From positions 32,001-96,000 of the forward strand of contig CAWCRS010000005.1 of NCBI GenBank assembly GCA_963798085.1: a DNA stretch of 64,000 nt, written 5' to 3'. Source of the stretch: an uncultured Gemmatimonadales bacterium (lineage in GTDB: Bacteria; Gemmatimonadota; Gemmatimonadetes; Longimicrobiales; RSA9). Every line of letters starts with the position of its first letter. Position 1 is the stretch's first letter. This document shows positions 1 through 9,181 of the stretch, piece after piece. The notes under the pieces are model-generated. The model worked only from the letters and a program-made list of their open reading frames with translations, had not been told where the DNA came from and made no database searches. Made by a program: the position numbers and the translations under genes.

Positions 1-1187
1 GGTACAGATCGTTGGCCCGTTGCGCCTCGAGGAACAACGTCGCGAAACGCTCCTCGAGCAGCCTGTCCAGCACGCCCTGCGAGGTGCCCGGATTCGTCAG
101 ATCAGGCAGACCGACATCGTGGCGCACCTTGTTCATGCTGGCGATCGCATTGGGGAAATCGCCGTTGTGCCAGTAGACCTCGGCCTCGATCAGGCGCATT
201 TCACGCCAGCTGGCGAGGATGATGTCGTCATTGCGGGTCTTGTACTTGTCCTGGCTGAAGAACAGCGTGTGACCGTCCACGCCCAGGCGGTTGCCCACGC
301 GGAACAGGATCGGAATGCGCGGATCCGGCATGCCACTCCACTTGTCGATGAAGTAGTCCTTGCCGTTCGCGTTGGTGGTGTCCACCTGCGCCCAACGACG
401 GCTGTCCAGTCCGGCCGCCTTGTTCTCCGGATAGTGATTGAGCGTCACGAACGAGTTCTGGCTGCTCGCGTCGGAGAACCGGGCGTAGTAGAAGAACCCG
501 TCGGGCACGGCCTGCGCATCCGTCAGCGCTTCCGCGTACTTGCCAACCATCAACTCGGCGCGCGCCTTGCCCGCCTGAGCGAAATTCTTGTACGCGGTCT
601 GGTTCGCGCCCTGCGCCACCGTCATCGCGTTGGCCAGCTTGGTGATGGCGAGCTGGTACATGGCGGTGTCCGAAACCGCCGGACCGCCTGGCTCGGCCAC
701 GCTCTCGCAATTCTCCATGGCCATCAGCAGGTTGGCCCAGCCCTCGACGACGGACGCAACGGACAGGTACTTGCCCACGTCGGTCCCGATACGCGTCATG
801 CACCTTGTTGAAGCGTTCCACGCCCTTTTGCGCGGCCGTACGAACGCCGAGCCAGCTTCCCTCGGCGCCGGCGTCACCCGAGGCGGGCGGCGGACGCCAC
901 TTGCCGTGATCGGCGTCCTCGTAGCCCGCCCATGTGCCCGTGTGCATCAGCTCATCGCTCAGCAACCCGCTGTTAATGGCAAACGTGGCGATGGAGAACT
1001 GGAGGTCGCCCTCCAGGCCGGCAGCGATCGCCGGCAGCGCGTTGGGCACGTCCAGTGATTCGTCAATGAAACGGGAGGGGTCCTCGACCTTCAGGGCATC
1101 CTTGATATTGCACCCCGCGAGCAGTCCGCAGAATGCCAGCCCGAGGATGACCCGGCCCGCTTCCCGGGTCTTCGTTCTCGAATGCAT
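1..1187 (-). CDS. RagB/SusD-family outer-membrane lipoprotein; frameshift near 800; runs off the window start
   Basis: Lipobox LLAGC, LLSDEL motif, and after the frame change WREMRLIEAE...LLEERFATLFLEAQRANDL, a SusD C-terminus; directly downstream of susC. Confidence 0.85.
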
Positions 1188-1263
1188 AGCCTCTTTCCTC
1201 TGGTTTTGGCCACCGTTGTCCCGCGTGGGCGGCAACAACTGCCGCCCACGCGGGGTCGAGTTG

Positions 1264-4232
1264 TCAGAACAATGTGCGTACGCTCAACAGGAACTGCCGG
1301 GGCTGCGGCATTGCCAGGAAGCCGGCGTCCACCGAGAAGTCCGCACCGCCCGTGTAGTTCATGTTAGGATCGAGGCAGTGGCAGTTATCCCACCACTGGA
1401 GGTTCTTGCCCGCCAGCGTGATCGTGGTGCCGCCGAGGCCGAAACGGCTGGTGAACGAGGACGGCATGCGGTACGTCACCGTCAACTCGCGCAGACGCCA
1501 GTTGGCGCGCGGATCCACCGTGCTGAAGTTGTTCATGTAATCGAACAGCGAGTCCGACTGGAACGTCCGCATCTGCGTCTCGACGCACTTGGTCGTGCAC
1601 TTCGAGTAGTCGAGCAGCGAGAGGTACTCGTCGCCCGTGCGGAAGCGCACACGGTACGGACGGTCCGAGTTGCCGAAGTAGGCACCCGCCTCACGCGTGA
1701 TCAGCACGTTGGCGCGGAAGGCACCCAGCGTCAGCTCGTTGCCCAGCGAGAGGTTGAACGTGGGCAGCGCCGGCCCGATGTAGATGGCCGTGTCGGAACG
1801 GGTGTGCTTGATGGTCGTGGCATTGAACGCCACCGGCACCACGGCGCGTTCACCGCGCACCGGCAGGCCGAGGCGCAGGCCGCCGCGGATCTTGATGATC
1901 GTGTCGGTCGCCGGGTCGCGGCCCAGGTCCGTGATCTCGTTGAAGTTGCGGTCGGCACGAACGTCCCACGACCAGCGCAGGTTCTTGCTCTCGACCGGCG
2001 TGAACCGGAACGAGCCTTCCCAGCCGTGGTTCTGCAGCTCGCCAATGTTCGAGTTCGGCGCACTGCCGAAGGACTGGCTGGGCGGAATCGGATGCGCACC
2101 AGCGCGTCCTTGGTGATCGACTTGTAGACCGTGAAGTCGGCGCCGATGCGGTCGTTCAGAACGCCCGCCTCGAATCCGCCTTCGAACTCCGTGGTCTTCT
2201 CGGGCGACAGCTGCGGGTTACCCTGCTGGCTGGCGCGCACCGCGTTCTGGTCATCGAGGGCCACGAACGGCGAGAAGGTCTGGAACTTGTCGAACGCGCC
2301 CGGGGCCAGACCGGAGGTGCCGACCGCACCACGCAGGCGCAGCTGGCTGAACAGGCTGGGCACGAACGTTTCGTTGGACATGTCGTAGGACAGCTGGACG
2401 TTCGGGTATGTCTGGTAGCCGTAGTTGTCACCGAACGCGCTGTTGCCGTCCACGCGGATGCCCGTCGTCAGGAACAGCTTGTCGTGGAATGCGATGCGGT
2501 TCTGGCCGTAGAAGCCGATCTGCACGCGTTCCGTGAAGCTCTCGGTCGCTTCCTTCACGGAGCCGCCGCCCACCGTGCTGACGCCGGGCGCCGCGTAGTT
2601 GCGGCCAATGGCGAAGTTGGTGCGCTGCGAATCCCAGAAGCCCTGGGCGCCGAAGGACAGCTGGGCATTGAGCTGGCTGCTCAGCGTGTACTTCAGGGTG
2701 CCGAGGTAGTCGAGCGTGAGGGTGCGCGAGTTGCGATAGCCGAGCGCCTTCTCACCCGACGGAATGTACACGTACGCGTAACCGAACGGCGTGAAGCGGA
2801 TCTTTTCCTCGTTCACCTGGTCGAGACCGACCTGGAACTTGTTGGTGAAGATCTCGGCCGGGTTGTAATTGAGTGTCAGGCCGCCCGTCCACCGGACCGC
2901 GTCATCGAACGTGTCCATGTCCTTGATGGCCGAGACGCTCTCCCACGGCTCGCCGTAGGGTCGGTCCTCGGTGGGGCAGGACGTGCTGAGCGAGCATGCC
3001 TGGAAGGGCACGCCCAGCAGCGCGTTGCCGAGCAGCGAAGCCCAGTTGTTGCCCGACTGCAGCGAGGCGATACGGTTGCGCGTGAACGCCGAGGTGGCGT
3101 CGAAGGACAGCTTGTTGCCGCGCAGCCAGTGCAGGTTGAGGCGCAGGTTGCCGCGCCGCGACCAGTTGGGCTGAATGGAGCCCTCTTCATCGGTGTAGCC
3201 GCCGGACACGAAGTACGTGACGGAGTTGCCGCCGCCCTGTACGGTCACGTCCGCGCCGCCGTACCCACCATTGTTGATCAGGTGGTCATTGGCATCCCAG
3301 GCCTGGAAGCCATCGGGCCCCGTGAACTTGGGATACGTCGTCGTCTGGAAGTTGCCGCGATAGCGCTGGTAGCCGCCGGTGACACCGACGCTCCACCGCG
3401 GGGCGCTGTCATTACGGCCCTTCTTGGTGAAGATCTGGATCACGCCGTTGGAGCCCTCGGAGCCGTACAACGTGCCGGCTGCCGGGCCCTTGACGACCTC
3501 GATGCGCTCGATGTCGGCAGGGTTGATGTCGCTCAGGCGGTCCTGGCCGGCGCCGCCGTCAACGGAGCAGCAGGAATTGCCGGTCGTGCCCCATTCCGTC
3601 TGGCGCGTGTCCACGCGCACGCCGTCCACGTAGATCACGGGGCGCTGGTTCAGGCTGAAGCTGGACATGCCGCGAATGCGCAGGTCACGGCTGGAGCCGA
3701 CGCCGCCCACCGTGCCGATCGAGCGCACGCCGGGAATCCTCGCCTGCAGCACGGACCCGACGTCCGCCACGGGCACCTGCTCCTGGATCTTGGCGACGTC
3801 CACGGACGCCACGGTTGCACCAATGGCTCTGCGTTCGACCGCGCCCGCCGTACCGGTGACCACCACTTCCTGCAGCGAAACGGCCGACACGGCCATGTCG
3901 AAATCGACCTGTGCCGTCCCGCCCGCTTCCACCGTCACCTGTTTGTCAATGGTGCGGTAGCCAATGTACACGGCCTGCACCTGGTGCTGTCCCGGCGGTA
4001 CTGCCGGAACCAGGAACCGGCCCCGGCCGTCCGTCAGACCGCCGCGGTTGGTTCCCACAACGGACACCTGGACGCCGTTGAGCGGCTGTCCGGTGGATTT
4101 GTCCGTCACTGTCCCGGTCACGGTCCCCGTCTGGGCCTGGGTCGTGCCGGCGAGCAGTGCCAGACCGAGCACGCTCCCCAGTACGCCGGGCAACCATCGA
4201 GTCCGTGCAACCCGACTCCGTGGGTCTCCCAT
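1264..4232 (-). CDS. SusC/RagA-family TonB-dependent outer-membrane receptor; frameshift near 2085
   Basis: Signal peptide, carboxypeptidase-regulatory-like domain (GTVTGTVTD), plug motif DINPADIERIEVVKGPAAGTLYGSEGSNGVIQIFTKKG, C-terminal PQPRQFLLSVRTLF. Confidence 0.92.
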
Positions 4233-4650
4233 ACTCAGGTCTCCTCTCCTCCGGTGGATGAAAAAACAGCCTGAACGAAAACGAACCGGGTCGATGGCCG
4301 GAGGGGCCACCGACGAACACTGTCATTACAACGCGCGACGGTCGCAGTACGAGACACGGGATGCAATTGTGGGTGCAGCAGTCCTCCTCGAGCAAAGCTC
4401 CAGTGCCAATGGCGCCGTCAGGCCACGATTTGCGTCTGTCGCGTTCCGCGCGACGCTGCGTCGCGCAGTCCCCCTTGCGGAGCCCCGCTGCGCTTCGCCC
4501 GGCCAGCCCGGTGGCCGCCGGGCAGCGCGCCGCGCTCCGTGCTGCGGCCCGGCCGGCGCACGCCGTCGGCGGGGCGTCGATTTGCGGCCCGATGCAGGGG
4601 CTGCGTGAGTGCTCGGGGGTTGCTGCGCGCCGCTGCGAGCGCGGCCGGTA

Positions 4651-4875
4651 CTACGTCGTCTTGTGCGTCGAGTCGGGCAGAACCACGACCTGGGTGTCGG
4701 GCAGGTTGAGTTTGCGGAAGCGCGCGACGTCGCTGCGCTTCTCGCCGTGCATGAACACGCCCATCCGTTCGAGGGGCTCCTTGGAGTATCCGCGATGGTC
4801 GTACGACGGCGGATCGCCGCAGGCGGCGAGCAGCAGGACCAGGCCGAGACAGCGCCAGGCAGAGCGCGGATTCAC
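4651..4875 (-). CDS. Small hypothetical lipoprotein (74 aa)
   Basis: GGAGG RBS before a GTG start; lipobox LLLAAC. Confidence 0.6.
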   Translation of the reverse strand: MNPRSAWRCLGLVLLLAACGDPPSYDHRGYSKEPLERMGVFMHGEKRSDVARFRKLNLPDTQVVVLPDSTHKTT

Positions 4876-4966
4876 GATCCTCCTCGGGTTTACGGACACG
4901 GCGCGCGCAATATGGGGGGGTGGGTGGCTGGGCGCTACCCCTGGTGGGGCTTCGCCCCCGTTTCCG

Positions 4967-5050
4967 GTTTCTCGGGCTGGGGCTGGGCTCGGGCACGGCG
5001 TGGCTCGGGCTGGGTTGCCGGGGCTGGTTGCTCGGGAACGGCGAACGGAT
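4967..5050 (+). repeat. Dispersed intergenic repeat, copy A
   Basis: GTTTCTCGGGCTGGGGCT...GCTGGTTGCTCGGGAACGG matches 18836-18887 and the reverse complement of 19055-19145. Confidence 0.75.
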
Positions 5051-5369
5051 CTGGGGGTCCTGGAATGCGTGTTCGCCTGACTGTGCGTTCGTGCACGCGG
5101 CTGGAACGGTCGGCCGCGGGCGACGGCGCAGGCCCGGCACCTCCGCTGGTGTGGGTCAGGACGTCGTGCGGGAGCAAACGGTATGCTGCAGACGTCGCGT
5201 TAGGAGTACAACGCCGCGGTGTTGCGTGCTGCGCTCCTCATCGACAAGGGACAAAGGCCTCGCAATTTCGATACGAATCACGCTCGCAGTCGGGGTTCGG
5301 GCGCACTGTTGTCAGCTGATAGTCTGTTCCAGCGGTATTTCCCTGCCCTGGTTGTTGGATTGTGCCGCG

Positions 5370-5420
5370 ACTATCATTGCGACACTTGACTTTATAGTCC
5401 GCATATATGCTTTTATCCGC
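5370..5420 (+). promoter_or_regulatory. AT-rich promoter-like region upstream of the AT-hook protein gene
   Basis: TTGACT, TATAGT and TATGCT hexamers in an AT-rich patch; -35/-10 spacing is not canonical. Confidence 0.35.
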
Positions 5421-5462
5421 GCACCCCCGACACAACAGCACGTCCACAGAGAGGGGCACAGA

Positions 5463-5951
5463 ATGGCAAAGATCAGTGACCGTGTCATGGAAATGGTGCG
5501 CCGGGAAATTGGGAAGAACCCGGACGTGACAAGCGGCACACTGTACGACCAGGCGCGGAAACTGGATCGTTCGATCAGTTCGCTGGACCTGCGACAGTTC
5601 CACGCGCGGTACCCGTTGCAGGTACGGCGATCGATGAAGGGCGGGAAGCGCAAGGCGGCCGCGAAGCGCGCCGGCAGGCCTCCGGCAACGGTCGCTGCGG
5701 CGCCGATCATCCGGCGGCGTGGCCGTCCGCCGAAGAACGCGGCGCTCGCGGCGGTTTCCGCCGCTGCCGTGCCGGCGTCGAAAGCAGCGGCAGCGCCCAG
5801 GGCCGGCACAGCCACGGACCGCAATGCACTGCGCAATGTTCTGCTGGAGTTCGCGGGGGTTGTTGCGCGAGCCGAGAACAAGGTCGACGTGATCACAGTA
5901 ATCGGCGGGCTCGAGGGCTGGGTCGACAGGATCATGAAGGCCGCCAGCTGA
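5463..5951 (+). CDS. Basic hypothetical protein with AT-hook-like motifs (putative DNA-binding/nucleoid protein)
   Basis: RBS-like GAGGGG; helical N-domain, K/R/A-rich linker with AGRPP and RRRGRPPK, helical C-domain. Confidence 0.75.
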   Translation: MAKISDRVMEMVRREIGKNPDVTSGTLYDQARKLDRSISSLDLRQFHARYPLQVRRSMKGGKRKAAAKRAGRPPATVAAAPIIRRRGRPPKNAALAAVSAAAVPASKAAAAPRAGTATDRNALRNVLLEFAGVVARAENKVDVITVIGGLEGWVDRIMKAAS

Positions 5952-6008
5952 CCTGACTCGCGATTACGCCGTTCTGCAGTTCCTGAGCGAATGGTCCTGC
6001 TCACGAAT

Positions 6009-6040
6009 GTGACGGCGCTGCCCGGAGGCGGCGCCGTCAC
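6009..6040. terminator. GC-rich hairpin between convergent genes
   Basis: GTGACGGCGCTGCC-CGGA-GGCGGCGCCGTCAC; no clear U-tract. Confidence 0.5.
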
Positions 6041-6609
6041 GTGCGGCTGACCTGCTGTCCGCTGATCCCCAGCTCTCCGGCAATCTCACGCATGGCGCTG
6101 ATCACGTTCTGGATATGCTCATCGAGCGGCACACCCAGCAGGTCGGCGCCGTGCTGGATCTCTTCACGGTTCACACCGCGCGCGAACGTCGCGTCCTTCA
6201 TCTTCTTTTTGACCGACCTGGGCGCGAGGTCATCGATGCCCGTGGGTCGCACGAGGGCGGTGGCATTGATGAGGCCAGTCAGCTCGTCACAGGCGAGGAG
6301 GGCCCGGTCGAGTGCGGACTCGGGCATCACGCCGGTGAAATCGGCGCGGTGGGCGAGAATGGCGTGCAGCAGCGGCTCGGGCCAGCCCTGCGTACGCAGA
6401 TACTCGACAGCCCGGCGCGGATGATCGTCCGGGTATTTCTCCCAGTCGAGATCGTGCAGCAGGCCGGTATTGCCCCACTCTTCCTCGTCCTGGCCCGCGC
6501 TGCGCGCATAGAAGCGCAGCGCCACTTCCACGGCGCGCATGTGGTTGCGCAGCGCGGGGTTTTCCACCCAATCCTGGAGCAGACGCACGGCCTCAGCGCG
6601 TGAGGGCAT
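6037..6609 (-). CDS. HD/HDIG-domain metal-dependent phosphohydrolase
   Basis: LRNHM...GLLHDLD...ACDELTG...KKKMKDATFARGVNREEI. Confidence 0.88.
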   Translation of the reverse strand: MPSRAEAVRLLQDWVENPALRNHMRAVEVALRFYARSAGQDEEEWGNTGLLHDLDWEKYPDDHPRRAVEYLRTQGWPEPLLHAILAHRADFTGVMPESALDRALLACDELTGLINATALVRPTGIDDLAPRSVKKKMKDATFARGVNREEIQHGADLLGVPLDEHIQNVISAMREIAGELGISGQQVSRT

Positions 6610-7036
6610 TCCCATCCTCCGTGAGGGCTACGGGACGATCGCGATCACGATTCACGATGCACAAGAAGCCAAACGGTTCGTTAGCGGCGTTGCGGAACTG
6701 GTGCGGTGTGGTCGGGGCGACGTACACCACATTGCCCGGACCGATTGCCTGCAGCTCGCCGGCCAGGCGCACGGTGCCGCGGCCGCGCACACAGTAGACC
6801 ACGTGGACGTGCTCGTGCTGCTCGAAGCTGGTGAAGCCGTCGGGTCCGACTTCGAAGTAGCGCAGCTCGAACGCGGCGTCCGCGGGCGCGGCCAGATTGT
6901 GGCGCGTAACGTGACGGTGCGTCGTCGCCTGATCCTTGTAGGGCCGGGGCGGCACGCCCACCCAGCCGGTGCGGGTCGCGGGCACCACGAAGCTGCGGGC
7001 ACCCATGGGTGCGGCATCGTTCCCGCGCCCGCTCAC
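6593..7036 (-). CDS. Cupin-domain protein (R. rubrum MTXu-5P methylsulfurylase-like)
   Basis: ELRYFEVGP, EQHEHVH, HQFRN and GFLCIVNRDRDRP motifs. Confidence 0.85.
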   Translation of the reverse strand: MSGRGNDAAPMGARSFVVPATRTGWVGVPPRPYKDQATTHRHVTRHNLAAPADAAFELRYFEVGPDGFTSFEQHEHVHVVYCVRGRGTVRLAGELQAIGPGNVVYVAPTTPHQFRNAANEPFGFLCIVNRDRDRPVALTEDGNALTR

Positions 7037-7103
7037 GCCACGCTCCGGAACACAGTCATGGGCGCAAGATGCCCCTGCGGGCGCTGCCTGTAAACCCGGC
7101 GGC

Positions 7104-8150
7104 TCAGCTCCATGGCAACACGATGGTCTTGATGCCGGCCTTCGCGGAAATGCGTTCCAGCGCCTCGCCTACCCCGTCCAGGCCGGCGCGGTGCGTGATC
7201 AGCGATGCGACGTCCAGTCTGCTCTCCGCGAGCAGGCGCAGCGCGGCGCGCGTCTCATCCGGGCCGCTCGAATAACTCTGCATTATCGCGATCTCGCGGA
7301 AGTAGAGAGCGGACTGATCGACGGTGAGCGGCAGCTCGGGCGCCTGTGGCGTGAAGCACACGACGCGCGCACCCGGGGCGGCCATGCGGATGCCCGCCTG
7401 GACGGTGCGCGGGTCGCCGGGACAGACGATCACCACGTCCGCGCCTCTGCCACCGGTGGCTTCCCGCAGCGCCTGCATGTCCTGTTCGCTCGCGGGATCG
7501 AGGGCGAGCTGCGCGCCGAGCGAGCGAGCGCGCTGGCGTCGCTCCGGGATGAAGTCGAGGCCGAAGCTGCGGCGAGCGCCGAAGATGCGGCTCAGCTGCA
7601 CCATGAGCAGACCCATGGCGCCCAGGCCAATGATACACAGGTCGTCGCCTTCACGAAGACCACCCTGCCGGCGCACGGCGCGGATGCAGCAGGCGACCGG
7701 CTCGATGAACGTGGCCGTCTCGAAATCAAGTGTTGCGGGGAGTGCCAGCGTATCGCGCGCCACGGTGTCCGCGGACGCCAGCGCGAATTCCGCGAAGCCG
7801 CCGGGTTGCAGCGCCTGGCGCCGCCACGTCATGCAGTTGGACCACAGTCCGCGGCGGCATTCCGCGCACTCGCCGCAGGCGGCGTGGTGGTGCACGAAGA
7901 CGCGGTCGCCGGGATGCAGTGTGGACACTGCGCTGCCGACGGCAGCCACCGTGCCGGCGGGCTCGTGTCCCAGCACGACCGGCGCCTTGCGCTCGACGTA
8001 CCAGCGCAGCGCATCGGAACCGCACAGGCCACACGCTGCAATGCGCACCACGATTTCGCCTCGGCCGGGCTGCGGCACGGGCGCGCTCTCCACACGGACA
8101 TCGCCCCAGCCATGGAAGCGGGCCACGCGCATGGTGCGCGGCAGACTCAT
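7104..8150 (-). CDS. Zinc-dependent alcohol/polyol dehydrogenase (MDR family)
   Basis: CGSD, GHE, structural-Zn CGECAEC..C, EPVAC, GLGAMG NAD-binding motif. Confidence 0.92.
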   Translation of the reverse strand: MSLPRTMRVARFHGWGDVRVESAPVPQPGRGEIVVRIAACGLCGSDALRWYVERKAPVVLGHEPAGTVAAVGSAVSTLHPGDRVFVHHHAACGECAECRRGLWSNCMTWRRQALQPGGFAEFALASADTVARDTLALPATLDFETATFIEPVACCIRAVRRQGGLREGDDLCIIGLGAMGLLMVQLSRIFGARRSFGLDFIPERRQRARSLGAQLALDPASEQDMQALREATGGRGADVVIVCPGDPRTVQAGIRMAAPGARVVCFTPQAPELPLTVDQSALYFREIAIMQSYSSGPDETRAALRLLAESRLDVASLITHRAGLDGVGEALERISAKAGIKTIVLPWS

Positions 8151-9181
8151 GGCCTCACCGCCACCTTGATGGCCTGACGCCGGAGTGCGAGTTCGAGCGC
8201 GTCCGGCAGCTGTTCGAGACTGCGCTGATGCGTGATCAGCGGCGCAGCGGCGATGCGCCCCTCGCTCAACAGCTCGAACGCGCGGCGCACGTTGGCGCGC
8301 GTGTAGTGGAAGGCGCCCTTCAGATCGACTTCCTCATAGTGCAGGCGGAACGTGTCGAACTGCGCGCGCGTGCTGGCCGCGCAACCGCCGTACAGCAGGA
8401 CTTCGCCGCCCGGCGCGGCCAGCGTCTGCGCGAATTCCCAGAGCTGCGGCGTGCCCACGCACTCGATGACCACGTCGGCGCCGGCCATCAGGTCGGATGC
8501 CTCGCCGTCGAGGGCGGCAGGGTCGAGCCGCAGGGTCTCGGCGCCGAGCCGGGTGGCGGTGCGCAGGCGGATGTCGTGGTGCCCGGCCACCAGCACCGAG
8601 CCGGCGCCCTGCAGCCTCGCCAGTTGCGCGAACAGCAGCGCGATGGGGCCATCGCCCAGCAGCACGACGCGTGCGGCCTGCCCCAGCCTGACCCGCTCCG
8701 CCCCGTGCACGACGCAGGCCAGCGGCTCCAGCACCGCGGCGACTTCGGCCGTGAGTCCCGGTGGTCGTACAAACACGCTGTTGGACACGATGTGGCCGGG
8801 CAGCAGCACATATTCGGCAAATGCGCCCAGGACGATGCGACCGATGGCGTCATGGCAGAGGTTTTCCCTGCCCCGCAGGCAGAGTGCGCAACAGCCGCAG
8901 GGCGCGGTGGGAACGCAGGCCACGTCATCGCCTTCGCGGAATTGCGTGACGCCCTCGCCTGCCTGTGCCACCCGCCCGGCGAACTCATGACCGAAAGCCG
9001 TGGGCAGCGGCAGTTTCGGGTGTCCCCGGCGGTACAGCTTGAGATCGGTTCCGCAGGTCAGCGCCGCCTGCACGCGGATCAGGAGCTCGCCGGGTCCCGC
9101 ATCCGGCACCGGCACTTCACGCAGCTCGACCTGACCGGGCTGCACCAGCTCCGCGCGCAGCATGCTGCGGGGTGCCGTCAT
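8147..9181 (-). CDS. Zinc-dependent alcohol/polyol dehydrogenase (MDR family)
   Basis: CGTD, GHE, CGCCALC..C, EPLAC, GDGPIA; 4-bp overlap with the next gene. Confidence 0.92.
   Translation of the reverse strand: MTAPRSMLRAELVQPGQVELREVPVPDAGPGELLIRVQAALTCGTDLKLYRRGHPKLPLPTAFGHEFAGRVAQAGEGVTQFREGDDVACVPTAPCGCCALCLRGRENLCHDAIGRIVLGAFAEYVLLPGHIVSNSVFVRPPGLTAEVAAVLEPLACVVHGAERVRLGQAARVVLLGDGPIALLFAQLARLQGAGSVLVAGHHDIRLRTATRLGAETLRLDPAALDGEASDLMAGADVVIECVGTPQLWEFAQTLAAPGGEVLLYGGCAASTRAQFDTFRLHYEEVDLKGAFHYTRANVRRAFELLSEGRIAAAPLITHQRSLEQLPDALELALRRQAIKVAVRP

Noticed and set aside
4391..4409. Sigma-54 promoter for susC (TGGCACTGGAGCTTTGCT)
   Set aside because: The GG-to-GC spacing is 12 rather than the required 10.
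5050..5460. Riboswitch or ncRNA in the long intergenic region
   Set aside because: No recognisable aptamer consensus by eye; an Rfam covariance search would be needed.
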